Program-made: the position numbers and the translations under genes
Assembly (NCBI GenBank): GCA_949358305.1
Contig: OX442314.1
Location: 30,504,001 to 30,568,000, forward strand
DNA from: Strigamia acuminata
Lineage: Eukaryota
Direction of reading: 5' to 3'
Length of the DNA: 64,000 nt
In this document: positions 1-10,816 of the stretch, piece after piece
Numbering within the stretch: the stretch's first letter is position 1
Layout: each line of letters opens with the position of its first letter
Notes under the pieces: model-generated
Database searches by the model: none
Seen by the model: the letters and a program-made list of their open reading frames with translations, nothing else
Told to the model about the DNA's origin: nothing

Positions 1-1071
1 GAGTGCGGTACGGTATTCACCAAATACCACAATGAATGCGCTATACCTCAAATACAGCATCAATAACGCAATACCGCAAATACCACATCAATACCACAAA
101 TATCGCAAATGGAACAAAACGATGAAAATTAAACTTGAAATGGAACAAAATAATAAAAATCAAATTTGAAACTGAAGAAAGCGATAAAAATTAAACTTAA
201 AACTGACCAAAACTATAAAAACCAACACATTTGTGATGACTGACGACGCGATGTTGATGTGATATTCGCTATTGGTGTAATATTCGATATTGTGGTATTG
301 ATGCGGTATTTGCGGTATTGCAATATTGCGGTATTGATGCGGTGTTGCGGTATATCGTTTTGCGTTAGTTTGGTGGATACCGCGATATTACGTCGCAAAA
401 AAATACTGCGGTATAAATACCGCTACGGCACAGAAGGCTAGTAACAGCCCATATTGGCGGACTGGCCAGGGTGGAAGCTTGCCCAATATTTTTACAAATA
501 TAATAGTAGTTCCAATATTATCACTGTACACAACTAGAATTTACGTGCAGATAGGCCCCGTTGTCTCCTGACAACCAATAGTTTTAGACCCAGTCTGGCA
601 CTCGTAACGGCAACAACATTGTATTTTTTTATTGAAATAAACAGCTTGATACTAGCAATATACCTACCACATAATAACACCATTCATAAATACCATAGAA
701 TTATCCCAACCTGACACCTGGTGTCAATACAGATAAAAAAAAATTGTAAAAAAATGTGTGGTCTGTGGTTGTTGATAGATTTTGACACGCAATCTAATTT
801 TAATTTGATGTTTCATCAAGAGTGGTCTAACATAAATTCTTTATTTTTTTGTTGTTAAAATTCTCCTTTTGTTGTTTCAATCTTCTCTATTTTTTTGTCT
901 TGCACTTCTTCTGAACCCCTGAGACCTCCAGGACTAGAGATTATAACAAACAGGATTCCCAGCAATTCCCTTCTTTCTCTTGTGCACAAATTTTTAATTT
1001 CTACACTCATTTCCGTTTCGAAGACACGCAACACACAGACACAAAGCACCAATTAACTTATTAAAACTCAC

Positions 1072-1249
1072 TGTTCTCGTTCTCTGAGGATCACGCTGTT
1101 GCCGATCTTCCTGTAACATTCGCCCCAAATTGGAATCCCGTCCGCGACCACCATCACCTCGGACAACATCGGAGGTGACCGCGACGTCGCCGGCAAAAGC
1201 CCCATAAACACTCCTTGGTATTCATCTGCCAGATAACAGATACAAGTCA
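1072..1249 (-). CDS. coding exon 2 of the secreted PTHR22255-like gene
   Basis: Open in the frame that matches exon 1; canonical AG/GT boundaries; GC-rich relative to flanks. Confidence 0.75.
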
Positions 1250-4200
1250 CTGAAAAGAAACAAAAATACAAGGAAAAATTAATATTAGCCCTAAACACGA
1301 AAATAGGCCTAAAAGTGAAAATAGGCCTAAAAGTGAAAATAAGCCTACAATTTAAAATAGGCCTAAAATTTAAAATAGGCCTAAAATTTAAAATTGGCCT
1401 AAAATTTAAAATAGGCCTAAACTAGACTTCAAGCTAGACTTTGACCGATATCCAAATTTTACCGATTATCGAACAAACAAGATGTATGACGTCGCAGGCT
1501 ATAAGTCTAGACAAAGACTTGATCCTAATGAAGCTGTATTTTTTTTAGTGTTAAAAATGCCATTCCAGCAGGTGTTGTAAAATAAATGCGGTAATTAAAA
1601 TACAATTTATAAATGCGCCATTAAATATTTATTATTTAGCACCTGTATGTATACATACGGTAATAAGTTTTTCTTGTGTTTTTGACAAACGGAAATGGCT
1701 TTTTAAAGACGACGGCATTAGCGAAGGGGTGGAAAAAAATGTCTGCGTTTATGTGGATTAGGCCTTATTTGGTGATAATTTCATTCATTCACATTTTTCT
1801 CGTCACACTTTCATTCATGAGAACGGAAAGGGGGTGAAAGAGGAAGACGAGGGGTGATATGAGCTTGAATGAAGTTGTGAACACTAGGGGGAATTTAAAT
1901 TCTCACGGTGCAAGTAAACCGAGGTGTAAAGAGGTTATGGAAAATGTCAAAAAAGAAGTGACGGAATACCCATATATATAAATATTGATAACACAATGAC
2001 AACATAGTTCCAACATATATTGTGTTCATGCTACACCTTTTCAACGTGACAACCAAAATACAACACATTTACAACATATTTTCAGCATCGTAACCTAAAT
2101 ACAACATGAAAATGTTGTAAAAATATTGTATTTCGTGTACAATTTTGAAAATGTTGAAAATTTGTTGAAGTTTGGTTACAATGTTGGAAAAATGTTGTAA
2201 ATATGCTGTATTTTGGTTCCAATGTTTGAAAAATGTTGTAAATATGCTGTATTTTGGTTACAATATTGGAAAAATGTTGTATTTTGGTTACAATGTTGGA
2301 AAAATGTTGTAAATATGCTGTATTTTGGTTACAATGTTGGAAAAATGTTGTAAATATGCTGTATTTTGGTTACAATGTTGGAAAAATGTTCTATTTTGGT
2401 TACAATGTTGGAAAAATGTTGTAAATATGCTGTATTTTGATACAATGTTGGAAAAATGTTGGAAAAATATTGTATTTTGGTTACAATGTTGGAAAAATGT
2501 TGTAAATATGCTGTATTTTGGTTACAATATTGGAAAAATGTTGTATTTTGGTTACAATGTTGGAAAAATGTTGTAAATATGCTGTATTTTTGTTACAATG
2601 TTGAAAAAAAGTTGTAAATATGCTGTATTTTGGTTACAATGTTGGAAAACTATTGTATTTTGGTTACAATGTTGGAAAACTATTGTATTTTGGTTACAAT
2701 GTTGAAAAAATGTTCTATTTTGGTTACAATGTTGGAAAAATGTTGTATTTTGGCTACAATATGTTGGAAAAATGTTGTATTTTGGCTACAATATGTTGGA
2801 AAAATGTTGTATTTTGGCTACAATATGTTGGAAAAATGTTGTATTTTGGCTACAATATGTTGTAAAAATGTTGTAAATAACTTTTTAACCAAAAATCAAC
2901 ACATTTTCAATATTACAACCAAAACCCAACACAGTTACAACATTTTCACATTTTCCTACTATCTGTACCACATAGTAACCAAAATACAACAACTTCTCAT
3001 CACTTCTCCACCATTTTCTCCCAGTAATTGGATGCGATTATCAAAGTGGAGTAAATAAACGCTGAAAATGATTTGATCCCAACGCACGTTCCAGCTGCCA
3101 AAAAATTCCATTAGAAGACAGGTGTTGGACCACCGTTTCTAAGGGGTGGCAAATGGCAACGAGATAGGGAGGAAATAGCTCGAGTCCTCTCCTGAGTGTG
3201 AGTCGGATTGGGGGCCGGGAGGGGCTGGGGGGAATTGAGAAACGAGGGTGACCATCAAAAACCTGCTGCTGTTTTCGGTGGGTGGGACAAGACAACTTCC
3301 GGTGAGACGGCGAGTGAATTAACTGTGAGTCTGTGACCTTCAAAAACGGCGTGGACTCGTTAATCAAAGTCTGGGTCGGAAACGTTTGATTTTTCTGATT
3401 AAAAAAATCATTTTTTTTTTCTTCTCCTTTGTTGAAATGGATTTTTCATTTTTGTTGTTGAGTCACATGTCATTGTCAAATATGGCGGCGCCCGTGGTTG
3501 GAATTCCTGCGGTTTATTTATGTTGGTTTTTGATTCATGCTGAGTGGACAACGCCCATGGTAGGTAAAATATGGATAAGGTGTTTGGTGAGTTGTTGTGA
3601 TGTATTGTTATTGGGTTTTTGAAGGAGGGAATTGAGTGAAATAAAGATGTGATGTGATGGTGGTAGATAGCGGTAGATAGAGAATAGAGAAAAGGGTGTT
3701 TGCGAATTTTCTTTTTCGTAAAATATTACTCCGTATTGTAAATGAGTTTGTTCGACAAACAATTCATTGAAATTGATCGTTTTTTCAGGCAAAAATAGGA
3801 TTAAAATTGACTTTTTTCGTAAACAAATTATCAAAATTGTCTTGTTTCGTAAACAAATCATTAAAATTGTCTTTTTTGGTAAACAAATCATCAAAATTAA
3901 ATTTTTTCGTAAACAAATCATCAAAATTGACACTTTTCGAAAAATTTTGAAAAAAAAAAAAAATCTTTAAAATCAACTTATTTTCCAAAAAAATAGAATT
4001 AAAAACAAAAAATTCAACGAAAACTGAATTTTTCCCACAATTCACCACCAAAAACGCCTTTTTCCCACAAAATCCCTCCAAAATCGACCTCAAAAAAAAA
4101 TTAATAACAAAATAAAATAAAAAAAATAAAAAAAATCCAAAAAAAAAAAAAAAAAAAAAATATGAAAAATTCACCCATTCACCCCCATTCTCTCCACCAA

Positions 4201-7200
4201 ACAACCCCACACCCCTCACCATTCCCTCATCCAAAATTCCACCAACCAACCAACCAACCAACCAACCAAACCCCGTTAAACCCCCAGATGTTGTGCACCT
4301 ATTCGTATTCCACCACACTAAAACCCCCTCTCGTACACCACCTGGCCTCTAATACAATATTCATTCCATACAAATCCCAATCCAACACCCCAGATGCGAT
4401 TGTCCCATCATCCCCAGTCCCCACCAGAACCATCTGCCGCCTGCAACTGCAACCCGCCTTAGCCCTAAAACCGCCTTAGCCCTAACGGCCACAACTCAGA
4501 CTCAAACTCCTCATTCACATCGCAAATTCCCAACGACAACGACCCGAACCATTTGAAATTCACAAACCGATTGTAATCGCCATTAGCACAATCCAGCACA
4601 ATGAGATTTCAATAAATCAAGTGGTTTTATCTCATTTCCAACTGATGGCTTTATGTCTCCCCACGGGCGCGTCAAATGACCAATCGCAGTCTGTCGTGCA
4701 TTTAATAGCGTTAAAGGGGGTCAACCACAAGCAGAGCCAACGCCTTGGGGCCATAGGGGTGTCCAAACATGTTTTTTTTTTTTAAATATATAGAAATTCT
4801 GTGTTGGACCTCAGAAATGTCTTGCTGGGCGAGTGAAAGAATGACCAAACCCTAAGCCGCCTAGTGGGAAATTGGTGTTATACTCGTTGTAAGACTCGCG
4901 GTTGGGGGTGTGTGATGTCTTTTTCTGAGTTTTGTTGTGTTTTTGGGGGGTTTTGGGGGGGGGGTTTGTGGGTTGGGCGGGTTCTTTGATTTTTGGATTG
5001 TAATAGGGTGAATGGAAGTGGATGAAAAATGAGGTTTTTTGGGGTGGGGTGGCGGGGGGGGGGGGGGGCACTGGGTATTTTGAATTGGAGTTGAATATTT
5101 ATAATGGAAGTGAATTAGATTAAATTAAGGGTTTTTTTGGAATGGTTTGAGTTGAGTGGGATTTTTTTTTGTTGTTGGGTGTTTTAATTGGGGATTGGAT
5201 GAGGTGTTAGTTTGGGGAAAAAGTGTTGGTGGAATTTTTGATTGGGAATGATTTTTTTGATTTTTTGGGGGTGGGGTGGGGGGGGGGGTTTGTGGATGAA
5301 AAATGGATGATTTTTTTAGAGAATCTCATTGGTTTTTAATGGAAAATGATTTTTTTTAGTAGATTTTTGGTGGTATTTAATGGAAAATGATTTTTTCAGA
5401 TGAAATTCAATGAAAGATGAGTTTGTTTTAATGAAATTTAACGGAAAATTACTTTTTTCAAAATAAAGTTAACGGAAAATGACTTTTTGCAAATGAAATT
5501 CAATGGAAAATGACTTTTTGCAGATGAAATTCAATGGAAAATGACTTTTTGCAAATGAAATTCAACGAAATCCAAGGAAAAATAACTTTTTTCAAATAAA
5601 ATCCAATGAAATTTAATGAAAAATAACTTTTTTCACATAAAATTTAATGGAAAATAACTTTTTTCAAATAAAATTTAATGGAAAATAACTTTTTTCAAAT
5701 GAAATTCAATGAAATTCAATGGAAAATAACTTTTTTCATATGAAATTCAATGAAATTCAATGGAAAATGACTTTTTTCAAATAAAATTTTATGGAAAATA
5801 CCTTTTTTCAAATGAAATCCAATGAAATTTAATGGAAAAACTAATTTTTCAAGAGAAATTTCAACTAAAATCCAACTCAACTTAATCTAAACTTCTTCAA
5901 CCCATCAAAAAACCATTTCTCCCAACCCAAAACCCTGCACCTCCACACAACAACCCCCAACCAACAACCCCCAACCATCAAAAACACTTCCACCTCTCCC
6001 ACCACCACCCACTTCCACTATAATCTTTTGTCCGCCAACACCCAAAAACCAGCTATAAACACACATTTCCCCTGAATGAGCGCCGCGCACAAAATCCCCA
6101 TTCACAACTCCACAGCTGAAAAGCAAGAATGAAGAGCACAAGTGGAGTAGCCAGTTTTTACCCCTTTTCCCCCACCCCTACCACTCCACTCCACTCTGAA
6201 TGGCTGCCACTTGGACGCTCTTTTCCGGTCGCGGTTCAAGTTTCAGTAAAACACCCTGCTGGGGCCCAACGTGGGAAAAATACAAGCATCTTCCAAAAAC
6301 ATTTTCCCACTTTTAACTACACCTGGCTCTGCTCAAAAATTAAATAACAAAAAATTAAAAATTATTTTTAAAAAAAAAAAAATTTTTTAAAAATTAAAAA
6401 ATTGTCGCACAATTATATTTTATGTTTTGTGTTGGAATTGTTTTCTTTAATGGTGTAAAAAAATGTCGCAGAGATCCTGGTTGGATGTTGGAGTCGCCTT
6501 TGGCCTAGGAACGCGACGGGGTGGATGGGAGGAGAGAACCACGCCCAATGCAGGGCATTTGGAGGACCCCTCCCAAGTTTTGCAAATGAATCAGGTGCCT
6601 CGAGCGTGACAACATTCCGATAGAAATGTGGCCAACAAAAAGAAATGCCGCGGGATGTGAATGTGATCAGGATTAGTGGATCACAAATTGATCTTTTTTT
6701 TATTCTTTCGTTTTCCTTTTAAATTTTTGCCGTTTAAAAAACTCGATTGTTTATTTGAGAAATAGAAAAAACGATTAAAACTAAAACAAGAGCCTAAAAA
6801 TTGATATAATCGTCAGAAAGTGGTCAAAATATCCACAAAATCATCTCAAGAACTGCCAAAAATTGTCAAAAATGGTCAAAGAGTACTAGCCCATTATAAA
6901 ACGTTAATTAATCACTAAATAAAAGCGATTTAAGCAACAAAAATGACCAAAAGCTACAAAATCATCACAAGAACTGTCAGAAATGGTCAAATACCTGCCA
7001 AAAACTAGAAAATCATGACAAAAATTGTCAAAAATGGTCAAAAAGTACTAGCCCATTATATAAAACGGTAATAATTCACTAAATAAAATCGATTTAAGCA
7101 ACAAAAATGATCAAAAACTGCCCAAAAGTTACAAAATCATGACAAGAACTGTCAAAAAAGGTCAAATACCTGCCAAAAACTAGAAAATCATCACAAAATC

Positions 7201-9655
7201 TGTAAAAAACTGCCAAAAATTGCCAAATTTAATGTTAATCATGACTAAACTCATTCCAAAACCCTAATTAACCCACAAACAAAAGCGATTTAAGCAACAA
7301 AAATGGCCCAAAACTCCCCGAAACTTCAAAACCGCATTATGGAAAGCAAAACGTCCAATAACATCCATAAAACCGAAAAAAAATGCAAAAACTGACTAAA
7401 CAACGCAAAATACCAAACGATTTCATCATTCCACGCTCATAAAACACACAATTCTCCAAACAATAAGTGTGAAAACAACAATATTAAACGCCACCGAAGC
7501 GTCACAACTCATAACAAAAATACGAGATCGATTTTGATCCATAAATCAGGTTTTCCACATACCCAAAGCAAAAAAACGGAAAAGAGCTTAACCTTGACCG
7601 TGAATAATAGCAACAAATGCAATTCCACTCGTAAATGAATTTCTATTATGAGTGAAAGGTCGTAACAACATCATAAATTGAACTCATTTATTTCGTTTTC
7701 GCTCGTTCCCATGCAATAAATAAAGAGGACGCGGCGCAAAATAGATGAAACAGATTGGGATCCAACTGCTTTCCATTCCGCTCACAGTTGGTGGCACCTT
7801 TTGCGTGGGTGGGGTGCCACCAACACCGGGGGAATGCGCCAGGAGCCAGTGGGGTCGGAGGGTGAGCGAGGAGAGGAGGGAGCGGGGCGAGCGGGGAGAG
7901 CGGGACGGGAGTGGGAGATGCGATGTGCCAGCGTCGACAGGGGCAGCCAGGTGGTGGTTGGTTTGGTACTTTGGTGGTGCTTTTGACAACGTCTGCTCGG
8001 CTGGGGTTACACCACGCCCCGAAAAATGGGCCTAGGGGCTCGGGGTTCCAGGAGAGCGAACATTATATTTTGGGGGTTGGGATTACCAATACAGAAGCTG
8101 TTTGAGGGTTATGTGAGAGGAAAATGTCGGAAAGTGGAATTGTTTTCGTGTTTTGAGAGATTTTTTGGGGTTTTGAGCGATTTTTTGGTGTTTTGGGGGA
8201 ATTTTTTGGTTTAGTGGTCAATTTTTGGTGTTGTGGTCAGTTTTGGTGTTTTTTAATCAGTTTTTTGGGGATTTGAATCAATTTTTCGTAAATTAAATTA
8301 ATTTGTTGGTGATTTAAATCACTTTTTTTGATGTTTTAAATCACTTTTTTGGTTGCTTTAAATCATTTTACTGATTCAGATAAACTTTAGGTGTTTTGAA
8401 TCAATTTTTAGGTGTTTTGAATCAATATTTTGGTGTTTTGAATCAATTTTTTGGTGTTTTGAATCAATTTTTTGGTGTTTTAAATCAATTTTTTGGTGTT
8501 TTAAATCAATTTTTTGGTGTTTTGAATCAATATTTTGGTGTTTTAAATCAACTTCTTGTTGTTTACATCAATTTCTAACCAAATTAGGTAATTCTAAGTC
8601 AAATTTGGTCATAAATAACCTTTCTCGTAGTTGTATTTACGTACATTTCAATCAAATTTTGACCACTAACTATAAGTTTCACTTTATATTGACGCAAGAT
8701 TAATAAATCCAACATGGCGCTTAGAGATAATCGCCCGATAATCGCACGATAATCGCTTCCATCGATCTAAAATCTAAATACACACGCATTTCCAACCACA
8801 TTACACCGTTTCTTTTCTTGAACCATCATCGTTCAATACTTCAAACACCTAAACGCGACAAATTCCAAACTCCAAACATAAAATAATAATAATAATAAAA
8901 ACTCGCTCGTTGCACACAAATAAAACTCCACAAAAAAAAAAAAACCAAAAAAAAAAACACAAAAACACAAAAACGCCCAATTTATGACTCTATTTTGCCT
9001 AACTATGCGAAACGGTGACAATATAACGGATACAAAGTTGTTGAACCCTGAAAAACCCTCAAATTACCATCGAAACAAGCAAAATTAAAACTCTTATCTC
9101 CTTAATCATATCCAGCCCAAACCACCGACAACCTTATAGGGACAAACCAAATTGTCACAAACCATTCCCAACACATAATTCTCATTCCCCACCCTTAATT
9201 TAACCAAAAAAAAATTCCAAAAAATAAAAAAAAAAACCCAAACCCAATTGAAAAGAATCTCTTAAACACATTGCTGCAAGCTCTCACCAGATTCTTCTGT
9301 CAAAGGTGTGGTGCATAAAATGTTTGGTAAAACATGCCAAGAATGACAAGGTTCTTTACCCAGGCATCCCACGCGAATTATAACACACCTGTCAAACGAA
9401 TTTCTCCGTGTGCAACAATATCCTGTTGTAATTACGACGCTTTTTGCCGTCGTTTGCTGTTTTTTTGCTCTTTTCATTCATAAATTCCACGTTAAATGAC
9501 CAAATTGCGCGAAATTGTCGAGTTTTTTTGTATTTTTTCCCGCTAATTGTTCGGAATGGATGTAATGATGATGAAAATAACTCACCGAATGTCCGCTGAA
9601 GCAATAGCAACAGGATGGCTGCCCAACCTACACGCGTCCTCACCATCGACCCCAT
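1072..9655 (-). CDS. 5' part of a secreted Cys-containing protein, PTHR22255/DUF7044-like; join(complement 9586-9655, 1072-1249), continues beyond left edge
   Basis: Exon 1 encodes the signal-peptide-like MGSMVRTRVGWAAILLLLLQRTF and ends at a phase-1 GTGAG donor. Exon 2 follows a strong polypyrimidine/TTTTCAG acceptor, reads VTCICYLADEYQGVFMG...ADGIPIWGECYRKIGNSVILRERE and ends at a GTGAGT donor; phases are compatible. The CY..EYQG.F and IPIWG.C.R..GN.VIL pattern recalls the invertebrate LP06548p/PTHR22255 family (recalled, not searched). Confidence 0.6.
1299..1421. repeat. 18-bp tandem repeat (AAAATAGGCCTAAAATTT)
   Basis: About 7 copies visible. Confidence 0.85.
2040..2995. repeat. minisatellite with a ~30-bp unit (TGTATTTTGGTTACAATGTTGGAAAAATGT, plus 32/42-bp variants) and inverted degenerate copies at both edges
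   Basis: Direct reading; explains the spurious repetitive ORFs at 2325-3058. Confidence 0.9.
3790..3945. repeat. 30-bp tandem repeat
   Basis: AAACAAATCATCAAAATTGTCTTTTTTCGT, about 5 copies. Confidence 0.85.
5335..5860. repeat. ~31-bp tandem repeat
   Basis: AAATGAAATTCAATGGAAAATGACTTTTTGC variants. Confidence 0.85.
8240..8570. repeat. 21-bp tandem repeat
   Basis: TTTTGGTGTTTTGAATCAATT. Confidence 0.9.
9586..9655 (-). CDS. coding exon 1 (signal peptide) of the secreted gene
   Basis: Basic n-region plus hydrophobic AAILLLLL core; phase-1 GTGAGT donor. Confidence 0.6.
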
Positions 9656-9699
9656 GGATCTCGTCTGCTTCGTTGCAACCTGCTGCACATCGTCTACCC

Positions 9700-10200
9700 C
9701 CCTGCTTGTCCATGCATGCCTAGAGGCTATAAATGACGTCATCTAATGCACAGGTAACAAAAAATAATGATGGAATAACGTTGTTTTTACGTTTGTTTTG
9801 TGATTTTTAGCGGAGAAGAGTATTTTGTTTGATTATTTGGTTATTTTAATAGAAAATGTTTGAGAAAAAAGATTTTTTTTGAAAAATTTGTTTTGAATTT
9901 ATAATTTTTAATTTGGGGGAATTTTAATTTTAATTCTTCTCGTTTGTTTTCGTGAAAATTAATTGTTTTATTTTGGTTTTTTTAACTAATTGACAAATAA
10001 AAGGCATAAATTGGAAAATAATCGTTTGGTATTTTGCCACAAGATGGAGACTACGATCTGTGGATTTGCGGTTTAAGTGAAATACATCAACTTCAATGTG
10101 TTTTCAGGTAGGATTGTGAAATTTTATGACGTCACACTTTGAGTTCCGTCATCCATTCGTTGGCGCTTGCGCAGTCGCTTTATAATCGACAAAATGGCAG
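9700..10200. promoter_or_regulatory. divergent promoter region between the secreted-protein gene and Sara
   Basis: Head-to-head first exons; perfect CRE palindromes TGACGTCA at 9734-9741 and 10127-10134, one next to each presumed start. Confidence 0.5.
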
Positions 10201-10337
10201 TGGCCAGTGTGAAATTAGTTTATGTTATCTCCGACGTACTTCGGAAGACCAAACGAGCATTTAATCCCAAATGATTAAATCAACTCGAATTCCGTCGCTT
10301 ACCAACACTTGTTTGATGGTTCCAACAAAGTTTCGAG
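10140..10337 (+). other. Sara: probable non-coding first exon of Sara (start approximate)
   Basis: GAG|GTAATT donor at 10338; next acceptor TTTTTTCAG at 10791 lies just upstream of the ATG; AAAATGGC motif at 10191. Confidence 0.5.
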
Positions 10338-10816
10338 GTAATTTGGTGTCCCAAATGGTTCTAAACGAGTTTTAAACGCGAGCCAAGTGTTTTTCCGCCG
10401 TTTTTGTTCCGTTTTAACTCGTTTTAATGAATTTTCAAAGAAAATATCGAATTATTTTCTCGTTTTAAATGGTAAAATATAATATTAAATAAATATAAAT
10501 TTGTTTCGGCTTTGTGGGAATTTAAACAAAAATAAATTATTATCGTTTCGTCATTGATTGTCAAGTGTCATATGACAAACTTTTCGCACACTTGTTTCGT
10601 GTTAAGTTTTGATTATGCAATTTTTATGACAGTCGCATTAATCATGAATTAAGGATAAAATGTGGATAGAGAAATCGGTTTTATTTTTAAAATCGTGTCA
10701 TGTTTCGCAATGGGTTTTATTAAATGAAATGACGAGATATTTTTGCGATTTTATTTCATTTGTTTATTTTGTTTTGTTTCTATTTTTTCAGGTTAGAAAG
10801 AAATATATCGTTGAAA

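Noticed and set aside
2325..3058. Repetitive ORFs (MLYFGYNVGK..., MLEKCCIL...)
   Set aside because: Translations of a minisatellite; no splice context or protein motif. The same applies to ORFs at 3535-3970, 8396, 17862-18177, 35891, 37335 and 48579-48901.
6270..6310. Inverted CSL/Su(H) sites resembling a paired SPS element
   Set aside because: The spacer is about 26 bp, outside the 15-17 bp needed for cooperative paired sites
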